DNA of 32,000 nucleotides, from positions 1,920,001 to 1,952,000 of the forward strand of contig NC_008578.1 in assembly GCF_000015025.1 (NCBI RefSeq). The letters run 5' to 3'. Within the stretch, counting starts at the first letter, position 1, and every line of letters begins with the position of its first letter. Shown here in pieces: positions 7,963 to 15,975 of the stretch. The DNA comes from Acidothermus cellulolyticus 11B. Lineage in GTDB: Bacteria; Actinomycetota; Actinomycetes; Acidothermales; Acidothermaceae. The notes under the pieces were generated by a model. It searched no databases, was not told where the DNA came from, and was given only the letters and a program-made list of their open reading frames with translations. A program made the position numbers and the translations under genes.

Positions 7963-9927
7963 TCACGCTAGCCCGGGATGCTCCCGAAAGTATGCCAGAC
8001 ACTCCGGGTTGGCCAGCGCCTCCACTCCACGGACCGGCCGCCCGTGTACGGCGTCCCGGACCGCGATCTCGGCGATCTTGCCGCTGTGGGTCCGTGGGAC
8101 GTCGGGCACGGCGAGGATGCGGGCCGGCACGTGCCGTGGCGAGCAGTTCACCCGAATCGCAGTCTGGACCTCATCGACGAGCTCGGGGGTCAATTGAGCG
8201 CCGTCCGCGAGTGTGACGAAGAGCACAATCCGCTCGTCACCGTCGACCTGCTGGCCGATCGCTACCGCGTCCATGATCTGGGGAAACCGCGCGACCTGAC
8301 GATAGATCTCTGCGGTGCCGATCCGCACCCCGCCCGGATTGAGGGTCGCGTCCGAGCGGCCGGAGATGACGAATCCGCCGTGCGGCGTGCGGGTGATCCA
8401 ATCACCGTGCCGCCATATGTCAGGGAAGACCGCAAAGTATGCCTCGGTGTATCGGCGCCGATCCTCGTCGCCCCAGAACCCAAGGGGCAGGGACGGAAAC
8501 GGCCGGGTGCACACAAGCTCGCCGGTGACTCCGACCGGCACGGGCCGGCCTGTGTCGTCCACCACATCGACGGCCATGCCCAGCGCAGGACCCTGGATTT
8601 CGCCGCGAAATACCGGGCGGGTCGGGTCGCCGAGCACAAAGCAGCCGCAAATGTCCGTGCCACCGGAAATCGAGGCGAGGTGCACGTCCCGCTTCACCGT
8701 TGCATAAACCCAGTCGAACGCGTCCGGCAGCAGCGGGGAACCGGTCGAGGTAATCGTCCGCAGTGCGGAAAGATCCCGGCCGGAGCCCGGCTGCAGGCCG
8801 GACCGGCGAAGGCTGTCGAGATACCGCGCCGAGGTGCCGAACAGCGTAATGTCGAGGTCGGCTGCCAGGTCGAAAAGGGCAAGCGGCTCAGGGTACATCG
8901 GCGAGCCGTCGTACACAACGAGTGTCGCTTCGCTCGCCAACGCACCAAGCAGCCAATTCCACATCATCCAGCCCGTCGTCGTGAAATAAAAGACCCGATC
9001 CCCCGGGCGGATGTCGCAGTGCAATCGGTGTTCCTTCAGGTGCGTGAGCAGCAGACCACCGGCCCGATGGACGATGCACTTGGGCCGCCCGGTCGTACCA
9101 GAGGAGTACAACACGTATTGCGGGACGTCGAATCCTCCGCGGACCGGCGCAATCGACACGTGTTCGCCGCGGGTGAGAAAGTCACGCCAGTCGCAGACGT
9201 TGGCGGCGGCGCCGTGCGGCCGCTCGTGCACGTAGTGGATGACCACAACATTGCGCACCGTCGCCAGCTCAGCGGTTACGGCGGCGAGTTTTTCCGCGGT
9301 GTCGAAGCATCGTCCGCCGTACCAGTACCCGTCGACGGCGAAGAGGATTTTCGGCGCCACCTGGCCGAACCGGTCGAGAACAGCCGGCGCACCGAATTCC
9401 GGTGACGCCGACGTGAAAATCGCACCAATCCACGCCGCCGCCAAGGCGACAACATAGGCCTGCGGACAATTGGGGAGCCACGCCGCGACGACATCGCCCG
9501 CCGTGATGCCGACGGCCGCGAGGGCGCCGGCGGCACGGCTCACAGTCGACCGCAACTGGTGCCACGACCACGTTTCACGGACGCCGTCTTCCCGAACGAA
9601 GAGCAAGGCCGGCGTGTCGTCATCCCGGCGGAGAAGCGTGTCCACGACGTTCAGACGCGCCTCGGGAAAGAACCGGGCGTCCCGCATGTCCGGTGCGTCA
9701 ACGAACGCGACATCGCCTTTCTCCCCGACAACGCTGCAAAAATCCCACAGCTGCGACCAGAATTCGCCAATGTGCCGAATGGAGAATTCATGCAGCGCCG
9801 GTGTGTCAGGCAGGCTTGTGCCGTAAGCCTCTTGCATGCGACGGCGGAAGGCGGTCAGTTGTGCCGCCGCTACGCGCTCGGGTGTGGGGGTCCAGAGCGG
9901 TCCGTCCCGCCACGTCTCGCTCGTCAT
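7963..9927 (-). CDS. Acetoacetate-CoA ligase (acetoacetyl-CoA synthetase)
   Basis: Track ORF 7963..10101(-). I place the start at the ATG at 9927 (MTSETWRDGPLWTPTPERVAAAQLTAFRR...HEFSIRHIGEFWSQLWDF), which gives about 654 aa. Adenylate-forming motifs YSSGTTGRPK and TGD are present. The upstream 58 codons of the track ORF are only a reading of the 36-bp tandem repeat, and they overlap the 3' end of the neighbouring gene. Confidence 0.88.
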   Translation of the reverse strand: MTSETWRDGPLWTPTPERVAAAQLTAFRRRMQEAYGTSLPDTPALHEFSIRHIGEFWSQLWDFCSVVGEKGDVAFVDAPDMRDARFFPEARLNVVDTLLRRDDDTPALLFVREDGVRETWSWHQLRSTVSRAAGALAAVGITAGDVVAAWLPNCPQAYVVALAAAWIGAIFTSASPEFGAPAVLDRFGQVAPKILFAVDGYWYGGRCFDTAEKLAAVTAELATVRNVVVIHYVHERPHGAAANVCDWRDFLTRGEHVSIAPVRGGFDVPQYVLYSSGTTGRPKCIVHRAGGLLLTHLKEHRLHCDIRPGDRVFYFTTTGWMMWNWLLGALASEATLVVYDGSPMYPEPLALFDLAADLDITLFGTSARYLDSLRRSGLQPGSGRDLSALRTITSTGSPLLPDAFDWVYATVKRDVHLASISGGTDICGCFVLGDPTRPVFRGEIQGPALGMAVDVVDDTGRPVPVGVTGELVCTRPFPSLPLGFWGDEDRRRYTEAYFAVFPDIWRHGDWITRTPHGGFVISGRSDATLNPGGVRIGTAEIYRQVARFPQIMDAVAIGQQVDGDERIVLFVTLADGAQLTPELVDEVQTAIRVNCSPRHVPARILAVPDVPRTHSGKIAEIAVRDAVHGRPVRGVEALANPECLAYFREHPGLA

Positions 9928-10016
9928 CGCCGCCTGCCCAATCCTCGATGTGCACCGTACCGCACCGGGGACGTCCGAGAAGTCCGCTGACGCGGTGCCG
10001 GGGGCTGACACGTGCC

Positions 10017-10088
10017 GGGGCATCACGCCACGCCGGCGCCTCACGCCGTGCTGGGGCATCACGCCACGCCGGCGCCTTACGCCGTGCT
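10017..10088. repeat. Tandem duplication, 2 x 36 bp, one mismatch
   Basis: Copy 1 (10017-10052) is ggggcatcacgccacgccggcgcctcacgccgtgct. Copy 2 (10053-10088) is ggggcatcacgccacgccggcgccttacgccgtgct. Copy 2 contains the last four codons and the TAA stop of the aldo-keto reductase gene. Confidence 0.95.
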
Positions 10089-11102
10089 GGGGGCCTCCCA
10101 CAGGTTGATGCCGGCGTCCCGGGCGTATCGATCGATATCGGCGAGTTCCTCGGAGGTGAAGTCGAGATTTGCCAGGGTCGCGACGTTTTCTTCGAGCTGC
10201 GCTACGCTGCTCGCTCCGATCAGCGCCGATGTCACCCGCTCGTCCCGGAGCACCCAGGCGATCGCCATCTGGGCGAGGGTCTGCCCGCGGCGGCGGGCCA
10301 ATTCGTTGAGCGACCGGACGAGGCTGAGCCGTTCCTCGGTGAGCATCTCCGGCGTAAGGAAACGCCCTTTCGCCGCACGCGAGTCAGCGGGAATGCCGTC
10401 CAGGTACCGGTCCGTGAGCATCCCCTGGGCGAGCGGCGAGAAGGCGATGCAGCCCACGCCTTCATCGCCGAGCACGTCGAGGAGCTCCTCCTCGATCCAC
10501 CGGTTGAGCATCGAGTACGACGGTTGGTGGATGAGCAGCGGCGTGCCCATGGACCGCAGGATGCGCACCGCCTCTCGGGTTCGTTTCGCTGAATAGGAGG
10601 AGATCCCCACGTACAAGGCCTTTCCCTGCCGGACGGCGGTGTCGAGGGCGCCGAGGGATTCTTCCAGCGGAGTATCGGGATCGAAGCGGTGGTGGTAAAA
10701 GATATCGACGTACTCCAATCCCATCCGGCGCAGACTCTGATCCAGGCTGGCGAGGAGGTATTTACGAGAGCCGAGATCCCCGTAAGGTCCCGGCCACATG
10801 TCCCAGCCCGCCTTGGTCGAAATGATGAGCTCGTCCCGGTACGGGCGAAAATCTTCGGCGAGAATACGGCCGAAATTCTTCTCCGCCGCGCCGTACGGTG
10901 GGCCGTAATTATTTGCAAGGTCGAAGTGGGTGATGCCGAGGTCGAAGGCGCGGCGCAAAATCGCGCGCTGGGTCTCGAGCGGCCGATCGTCGCCGAAGTT
11001 GTGCCAGAGTCCCAAGGAAATCACCGGGAGCCGGATCCCGCTCCGGCCGCACCGACGGTAGATCATACCGTCGTACCGACTCTCCGCGGCTTGATAGGTC
11101 AT
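10077..11102 (-). CDS. Aldo/keto reductase (YghZ/Gpr-like, L-glyceraldehyde-3-phosphate reductase family)
   Basis: Track ORF of 341 aa: YRRCGRSGIRLPVISLGLWHNFG...AFDLGITHFDLANNYGPPYGAAE...YVDIFYHHRFDPDTP...INLWEAPSTA. An SD (GAGG) precedes the ATG at 11102. Confidence 0.92.
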   Translation of the reverse strand: MTYQAAESRYDGMIYRRCGRSGIRLPVISLGLWHNFGDDRPLETQRAILRRAFDLGITHFDLANNYGPPYGAAEKNFGRILAEDFRPYRDELIISTKAGWDMWPGPYGDLGSRKYLLASLDQSLRRMGLEYVDIFYHHRFDPDTPLEESLGALDTAVRQGKALYVGISSYSAKRTREAVRILRSMGTPLLIHQPSYSMLNRWIEEELLDVLGDEGVGCIAFSPLAQGMLTDRYLDGIPADSRAAKGRFLTPEMLTEERLSLVRSLNELARRRGQTLAQMAIAWVLRDERVTSALIGASSVAQLEENVATLANLDFTSEELADIDRYARDAGINLWEAPSTA

Positions 11103-11133
11103 GGCGCCTCGCCCTCGGTCCCGCGACTTACGT

Positions 11134-11174
11134 GATGACGGAGGGGACGCCGGCCCGACGTCCCCTCCGTCATC
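11134..11174 (-). terminator. Perfect 16-bp stem hairpin downstream of the htrA-like gene (terminator or attenuator candidate)
   Basis: GATGACGGAGGGGACG (11134-11149), a 9-nt loop, then CGTCCCCTCCGTCATC (11159-11174). It lies 20 nt after the protease stop and 32 nt upstream of the reductase start. There is no clear U-tract. Confidence 0.45.
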
Positions 11175-11193
11175 TTGCCATCCCGGGTCGGCC

Positions 11194-12573
11194 TCAGGAA
11201 GTGACCTGGGTGGAGCCGAGGGTGACGGGAATCGTCAGCTGTTGGGCGCCGCGGATGATGTGCAGGGTGACCGTCGTTCCCGGTTTCTTCGCGCGGATCG
11301 CCGCTTGCAACGCCGCTGCATCCGGCGTCTGCTCGTTGCCGACCGCGGTGATGACGTCACCCGCCTGCACGCCGGCTTGAGCTGCCGGTCCGCTCGGCTG
11401 CACCTCCACGACGGCTGCTCCGTTCGGCGCATCCGTCACCACAACCCCGAGAAATGCGGTCGTCTGGCTTGGTGAGGGGGACCCGGATGCCGACTTCCCG
11501 GCTTCCAGTGCGGGCAGCGCTGCGGTCACGGTATTGCTCGGAATCGCGAAGCCGATATTCTGGGCGGGCTCGCTCGGTGTTCCGGTCGCCACGGCCACGT
11601 TGATGCCGATGACCTCGCCGCTGGTATTGACAAGCGGTCCGCCGCTGTTGCCGGGGTTGATGGCGGCGTCCGTCTGCAGCAGCCCGGTCAGATTCTCGCT
11701 GCTGTCCCGCAGGCTTCGGTTCGTTGCCGAAATGATGCCTTCGGTGACGGTCGGCTGACCACCGTAGCCGAGCGCATTCCCAATCGCCAGCACCGTGTCA
11801 CCGACGTGCACGGTCGAGGAATTCGCAAATGTTGCAGGCACGAGACCGGACACTCCGGACACCTTGAGCACGGCGAGGTCCTTCGTCGTGTCAATGCCGA
11901 CGATTGACGCGGCGTGCGTACCGCCGTTCCCGGGCAGCGTCACGTTTATTTGCGTTGCGCCGTTGACGACGTGCGCGTTCGTCACGACGAGCCCGTCGGA
12001 GCTGATGATGATTCCGGTTCCTGCCCCGCTTGCCATGAATCCGCCGAATCCACCGAATCCACCGCCGCCGCCGGGTCCGGTGGTCACGGTGTCGTTGATC
12101 AAGACGACGGACGGGAGAATTTTCGCCAACGCCGACTGGATGGAACTCGCCGGTGCCGCTTGCGGGGCCGCAGCGGCGGCCGCGGTCGTCCCGGCGGAGG
12201 CAGTTCCGCGATCGAGGGAGTGCACGACCACGCCCGTCGTACCGGCGGACACCACGACCGCAGCCAGCACAGCCGCAAGCCAACCGACCGCCCGGCCCAT
12301 CCGAGGCGTCTCCCGCTCGTGCGAAACCAGCACATCCGCCGGCGGCGCCGAGGGTGGTGGAGGCTCCGATGCCGGTGACGATGCGTGCGACCCCTCTGAC
12401 GCCGGTTGAGGCGGCTGCTCCGCCCACGATCGCGCTTCGGCCGGCGCGCCATCCTCCTCCGCACGCCCGCGATCCAGGCGCCTCTCACCTCCATCGCCGC
12501 CGGCATGTGGTCGCGTCCACCACGGCTCAGCGTCTGGATTCCCCAGGTTCTCCGTGAAATCGTCTGCGTTCAT
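11194..12573 (-). CDS. HtrA/DegP-family trypsin-like serine protease with a C-terminal PDZ domain
   Basis: Track ORF of 459 aa. The catalytic triad contexts are TNAHVV, DLAVLKV and GNSGGPLVN. It has a Pro-rich N-terminus with one TM helix (WLAAVLAAVVVSAG) and a PDZ-like tail (GDVITAVGNEQ...TVTLHIIRG). The strong SD GAGAGGGGA precedes the ATG at 12573. Confidence 0.9.
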   Translation of the reverse strand: MNADDFTENLGNPDAEPWWTRPHAGGDGGERRLDRGRAEEDGAPAEARSWAEQPPQPASEGSHASSPASEPPPPSAPPADVLVSHERETPRMGRAVGWLAAVLAAVVVSAGTTGVVVHSLDRGTASAGTTAAAAAAPQAAPASSIQSALAKILPSVVLINDTVTTGPGGGGGFGGFGGFMASGAGTGIIISSDGLVVTNAHVVNGATQINVTLPGNGGTHAASIVGIDTTKDLAVLKVSGVSGLVPATFANSSTVHVGDTVLAIGNALGYGGQPTVTEGIISATNRSLRDSSENLTGLLQTDAAINPGNSGGPLVNTSGEVIGINVAVATGTPSEPAQNIGFAIPSNTVTAALPALEAGKSASGSPSPSQTTAFLGVVVTDAPNGAAVVEVQPSGPAAQAGVQAGDVITAVGNEQTPDAAALQAAIRAKKPGTTVTLHIIRGAQQLTIPVTLGSTQVTS

Positions 12574-12683
12574 CGTTTCCCCTCTCGTCTTGACTGCGTG
12601 CTCACCCTCGAGCGTTCCGGTGGAACCTGGGAGTCTGCTGAGCCGACAATGAAGAGAGCCGAAAAAAGGGGAGGGACATCACG

Positions 12684-13307
12684 ATGTCAGACGAAGCACG
12701 CGACGTTGCGGATATTCCTGCGCAGGCTGATAACCGGGCGCTCGTCGTGGTCGACGTCCAGCCGACCTTCTGCGAAGGCGGCGAACTGCCGGTAGCCGGT
12801 GGAAACGCGACAGCTGATCGGATCGCGGCTTACCTCGCGGACGCAGCGGACAACTATCGCCTCATCGTCACGACGCAAGATTGGCACATCGAACCCGGCT
12901 CCCACTTCTCCACAACTCCGGATTTCGTCGATACCTGGCCGCCACACGGCATTGCCGGGACGCCGAACGCGGAGCTGCACCCGGCAATCGCAAAGGCGAT
13001 TTCCGCCCTTCCCCGCGTCGTGTCTTTACGCAAGGGGGCATACCAGGCGGCGTACTCCGGCTTTGAGGCCACCGACGACGCCGGCCACGATCTCGCCTGG
13101 CACCTGGCAGCCAACGACATCCGTGAGGTGGACATCTGCGGTATCGCCGAGAGCCATTGCGTGAAGGCCACCGCACTGGACGGCGCCCGCCTCGGATACC
13201 GGATCACGGTGCTCACCGATCTCACCGTGCCCGTCACACCGGAGCTCGGGGAGCAGGCGCGATCCGAGATGGTCGCGGCGGGTGTTCGGCTTCGCCGGGC
13301 CGCATAG
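12684..13307 (+). CDS. pncA: Nicotinamidase/pyrazinamidase (isochorismatase family)
   Basis: Track ORF of 207 aa: ALVVVDVQPTFCEGGEL...TQDWHIEPGSHFS (metal site)...LRKGAY...DICGIAESHCVKATALD (catalytic Cys). The SD GGGGAGGGA ends 7 nt before the ATG. Confidence 0.85.
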   Translation: MSDEARDVADIPAQADNRALVVVDVQPTFCEGGELPVAGGNATADRIAAYLADAADNYRLIVTTQDWHIEPGSHFSTTPDFVDTWPPHGIAGTPNAELHPAIAKAISALPRVVSLRKGAYQAAYSGFEATDDAGHDLAWHLAANDIREVDICGIAESHCVKATALDGARLGYRITVLTDLTVPVTPELGEQARSEMVAAGVRLRRAA

Positions 13308-13320
13308 GTCCCCGACCGGC

Positions 13321-13588
13321 CGCGCACCGGCTCTGACCGCAAGCTTCCCGCGCACGCTGCGCAGATGCCAGGACCGGTCCCGCGCCCGTTCTGACCCAGG
13401 GGTTGCACGCTGCGCAGATCCCAGGACCGGTCCCGCGCCGGTTCTGACCGCGGGGGTTGACGCCGCCTGGCCCGCGCCGGTTCTGACCCAGGGGTTGACG
13501 CCGCCGGTCCCGCGCCGGTTCTGACCGCAGGGGTTGACGCCGCCTGGCCCGCGCCGGTTCTGACCGCGGGGGTTGACGCCGCCTGGCC
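13321..13588. repeat. Intergenic tandem repeat array: four near-identical 38-39-bp units plus two longer diverged units
   Basis: Units start with cgcgcc(g)gttctgacc at 13321, 13381, 13434, 13473, 13511 and 13550. The consensus is cgcgccggttctgaccgcgggggttgacgccgcctggcc. The first two units (60 and 53 bp) carry an extra cacgctgcgcagat(g/c)ccaggac segment. The array ends 48 nt before the start of the downstream gene. Confidence 0.95.
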
Positions 13589-13636
13589 CGGTGACCTAGA
13601 AACGAACCACACGTCATCTCCCTGCGGAAAGGGCCG

Positions 13637-15328
13637 GTGATGATTCCTTCCACGTGTGAGAGCGCTCTCGCAGAGCGTCGGGTGCGCGACTGGGATGTGT
13701 CCGGTCCAGGGTGGCGCCGCGCCGGCATCATCGCCGCGATCACGCTCGCGGTGGCCGGTGGGACGACACCTGCCGCGTCGGCTGCGTCGGCCCTCGACGC
13801 GCACGCCGGACACACACCGGATTTCGGCAGCAACGTGATCATCTTTGATCCGAGCATGCCGACGGCGGAGATTCAGGCCACCGTGGACGCGATCGCCGCC
13901 CAGCAGACTGCGAACGAGTTCGGTTCACAGCGTTACGCCCTGCTCTTCCGGCCCGGGACCTACGGGACACCGGCGGATCCCCTGGTCATCCCCGTCGGGT
14001 ACTACACCCAGGTCGCCGGCCTGGGGGCAACTCCAGGGGACGTCGTCATCAACGGAAAGGTCAATGTCTACAACCAATGCCTGGCGCCGGACAACTGCAT
14101 CGCCTTGACGAATTTCTGGCGGTCGGTCTCCAACCTCACCATCGCTGTCGCCGGACAGTCCGGCTGTCGAGCGGGAACCGACTTCTGGGCCGTTTCACAA
14201 GCATCACCGATGCGGCGGGTATCGGTGGTCGGCGGGAACGTGTCGCTGATGGACTACTGCACCGCCGGGCCGCAGTATGCGAGCGGCGGTTTCATCGCCG
14301 ATTCGGCGTTCAGCAGCGGCACGGTCATCAACGGCTCCCAACAGCAGTTCTTGGTGCGCAATTCACACCTCGACGGGTGGACGAACGGCGTGTGGAACCA
14401 GGTTTTCGCCGGTACGATCGGCGCACCGGCACAGTCGTTCCCCAACCCGCCGTACACAACCCTTGACACCAACCCAATCTCGCGGGAAGCGCCATTCCTC
14501 TACCTCGACGGCACCGGACAGTACCGCGTCTTCGTACCGGACGCCCAACGCAATTCCCGGGGCACCACGTGGGAAGCCGGACCGACACCGGGCTATTCGC
14601 TGCCTCTGTCACGCTTCTACATCGCTCGGCCGACGGATTCGGCGGAACGTCTCAACGCGGCCCTCGCCCGCGGCATGAACCTGCTCTTCACGCCGGGTGT
14701 TTATGCCGTCGATCGCACCCTCGACGTACGCCGGCCAGACACGATCCTGCTCGGCATAGGACTTGCCACGTTGGAGGCCACCGGCGGCGTGCCGGTGCTA
14801 CGTACGGCGAACGTTCCCGGGGTCGAGGTCGCCGGTCTCATCGTCGACGCCGGCCCGCGGAATGCTCCCGTTTTGGTGCAAATCGGCGAACGGCACGGCA
14901 GTCCCGCCGCGTGGGTCCACGCCCCGTGGAGTGACCCACGGAATCCGACGCTGCTGGCGGACGTGTTCTTCCGGATCGGCGGGCCGCACCTCGGTAAAGC
15001 GACTGTAAGCCTCGAGGTCAACGCCAACGACGTGCTGCTCGACGACATTTGGGCGTGGCGGGCCGACCACGGCAGCGGCGTCGGCTGGACGTCAAATACC
15101 GCGGATACCGGACTCATCGTGAATGGCGATCGGGTCGCCGCCACCGGACTCTTCGTCGAGCATTACCAGAAGGACGAAGTCATCTGGACCGGCGAACACG
15201 GCTCGACCATCATGTTCCAGAACGAAATGCCGTACGATCCGCCGAACCAGGCCGCCTGGAGCCACGGCGGGACACGTGGCTACGCCGCCTATGCCGTCGC
15301 ATCAACGGTGCACACGCACCAGGCCTGA
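13637..15328 (+). CDS. Secreted protein with a pectin-lyase-like (right-handed beta-helix) appearance, putative glycoside hydrolase. It ends at an in-frame TGA and may be truncated or a pseudogene.
   Basis: Track ORF of 563 aa. It has a Tat/Sec-like signal (GWRRAGIIAAITLAVAGGTTPAASAAS) and repetitive beta-helix-like segments (FWRSVSNLTI, FWAVSQASPMRRV, ADSAFSSGTVINGSQQQFLVRNS). The same reading frame continues for 72 more GC3-rich codons after the TGA at 15326-15328, up to 15544. The family assignment is from memory only. Confidence 0.7.
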   Translation: MMIPSTCESALAERRVRDWDVSGPGWRRAGIIAAITLAVAGGTTPAASAASALDAHAGHTPDFGSNVIIFDPSMPTAEIQATVDAIAAQQTANEFGSQRYALLFRPGTYGTPADPLVIPVGYYTQVAGLGATPGDVVINGKVNVYNQCLAPDNCIALTNFWRSVSNLTIAVAGQSGCRAGTDFWAVSQASPMRRVSVVGGNVSLMDYCTAGPQYASGGFIADSAFSSGTVINGSQQQFLVRNSHLDGWTNGVWNQVFAGTIGAPAQSFPNPPYTTLDTNPISREAPFLYLDGTGQYRVFVPDAQRNSRGTTWEAGPTPGYSLPLSRFYIARPTDSAERLNAALARGMNLLFTPGVYAVDRTLDVRRPDTILLGIGLATLEATGGVPVLRTANVPGVEVAGLIVDAGPRNAPVLVQIGERHGSPAAWVHAPWSDPRNPTLLADVFFRIGGPHLGKATVSLEVNANDVLLDDIWAWRADHGSGVGWTSNTADTGLIVNGDRVAATGLFVEHYQKDEVIWTGEHGSTIMFQNEMPYDPPNQAAWSHGGTRGYAAYAVASTVHTHQA

Positions 15329-15716
15329 GGTCTCGGCAGCTACTGCTACTTCAACGTGGATCCGACGATTCACGCGAGCCGGGCGTTCGCCGTGCCGGAG
15401 AACGGTGGCGTGCGTCTCCACGACGTCCTCGACTTGTCGATTACTAATCATGGAACGATCGACCATGTCGTCAACGACTACGGTCCGCCAACGGACGCGA
15501 ACACGACGCCGAATTATGTCCTCGAGTATCCACCCGGGGCCTGAGAGTCTGCGCTGGCCGGCGGAGGCTGACAGCCCGAAGGATTCGCCGGGAGTCCGAC
15601 GGCCTGGAGCATTCGCCCGGAGTGTGAGAGCGCAGAGTATCCGCCCGAAGACCCGATAAGCGTCGACCTCTCCCCCTGCTGGGCGACCGCCTGCCGGTGA
15701 GGGAGAATGTCGACCA

Positions 15717-15753
15717 GCGGTGCCGGTGGGGGTAGGCGGTCCACCGGCACCGC
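15717..15753. terminator. 13-bp perfect stem hairpin between convergent genes (bidirectional terminator candidate)
   Basis: GCGGTGCCGGTGG (15717-15729), an 11-nt loop, then CCACCGGCACCGC (15741-15753). It lies in the 430-bp gap between the beta-helix gene (+) and the MFS gene (-). Confidence 0.4.
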
Positions 15754-15975
15754 CATCCATTTCGGCGCAGAGCGTGCGGCATTCCGTGCGGCGGGCGAGG
15801 CGCTCCGGTCGGCCGCTTCCCAGAGGAAGCAATCACAGGATTCGTCGCACGTATCGACCAGGAGACGACGAGTAGCCGGTGCACCATCGTCGACCACGAG
15901 GGCAATTCCGTCGGTTCCTCCCGCGCAAGGCGACGCCGGATATCGCGGCTGGAAACAGGCGATCGCCCGCGCCCG

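Noticed and set aside
6464-9405. Long plus-strand ORFs 6464..7480 (338 aa) and 7978..9405 (475 aa)
   Set aside because: Both are antisense shadows of the sigma-factor and acetoacetyl-CoA synthetase genes. They have Arg/Gly/Pro/Val-rich composition and no motifs, while the opposite strand has unambiguous domain signatures. The same reasoning was applied to the other antisense or out-of-frame track ORFs inside metE, nrdA, nrdB, htrA, the MFS gene, the GT2 gene and the peptidase gene.
9928-10101. 58-codon N-terminal extension of the acetoacetyl-CoA synthetase ORF (MGGPQHGVRRRRGVMPQHGVRRRRGVMP...)
   Set aside because: It is simply the translation of the 36-bp tandem duplication, and it overlaps the 3' end of the upstream reductase gene. 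The canonical N-terminus (MTSETWRDGPLWTP...) begins at 9927.
13321-13588. Possible CRISPR array
   Set aside because: The units abut each other with no unique spacers. The whole 38-39-bp period is itself repeated, there are only six units, and no cas genes or leader are present. It is a tandem (VNTR-like) repeat.
12854-13857. Minus-strand ORFs 12854..13813 (319 aa) and 13234..13857 (207 aa)
   Set aside because: They run antisense through pncA and then read the tandem repeat array as AASTPAVRTGAG repeats. This is an artefact of repeat periodicity and high GC.
15326-15328. TGA as selenocysteine or programmed recoding
   Set aside because: Only a trivial 4-bp stem (GCAG-cta-CTGC) follows the codon, with nothing resembling a bacterial SECIS. 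The position is expected to be an aromatic residue or Trp, not Cys. A nonsense mutation or a sequencing error is more parsimonious.
15514-15897. 127-aa minus-strand ORF downstream of the MFS gene (MVDDGAPATRRLLVDTCDESCDCFLWEAADR...)
   Set aside because: GC3 is only about 70%. The nearest SD-like sequence is about 20 nt from the GTG. The ORF overlaps the in-frame continuation of the beta-helix gene and crosses the 13-bp terminator-like hairpin, and it has no recognisable domain.
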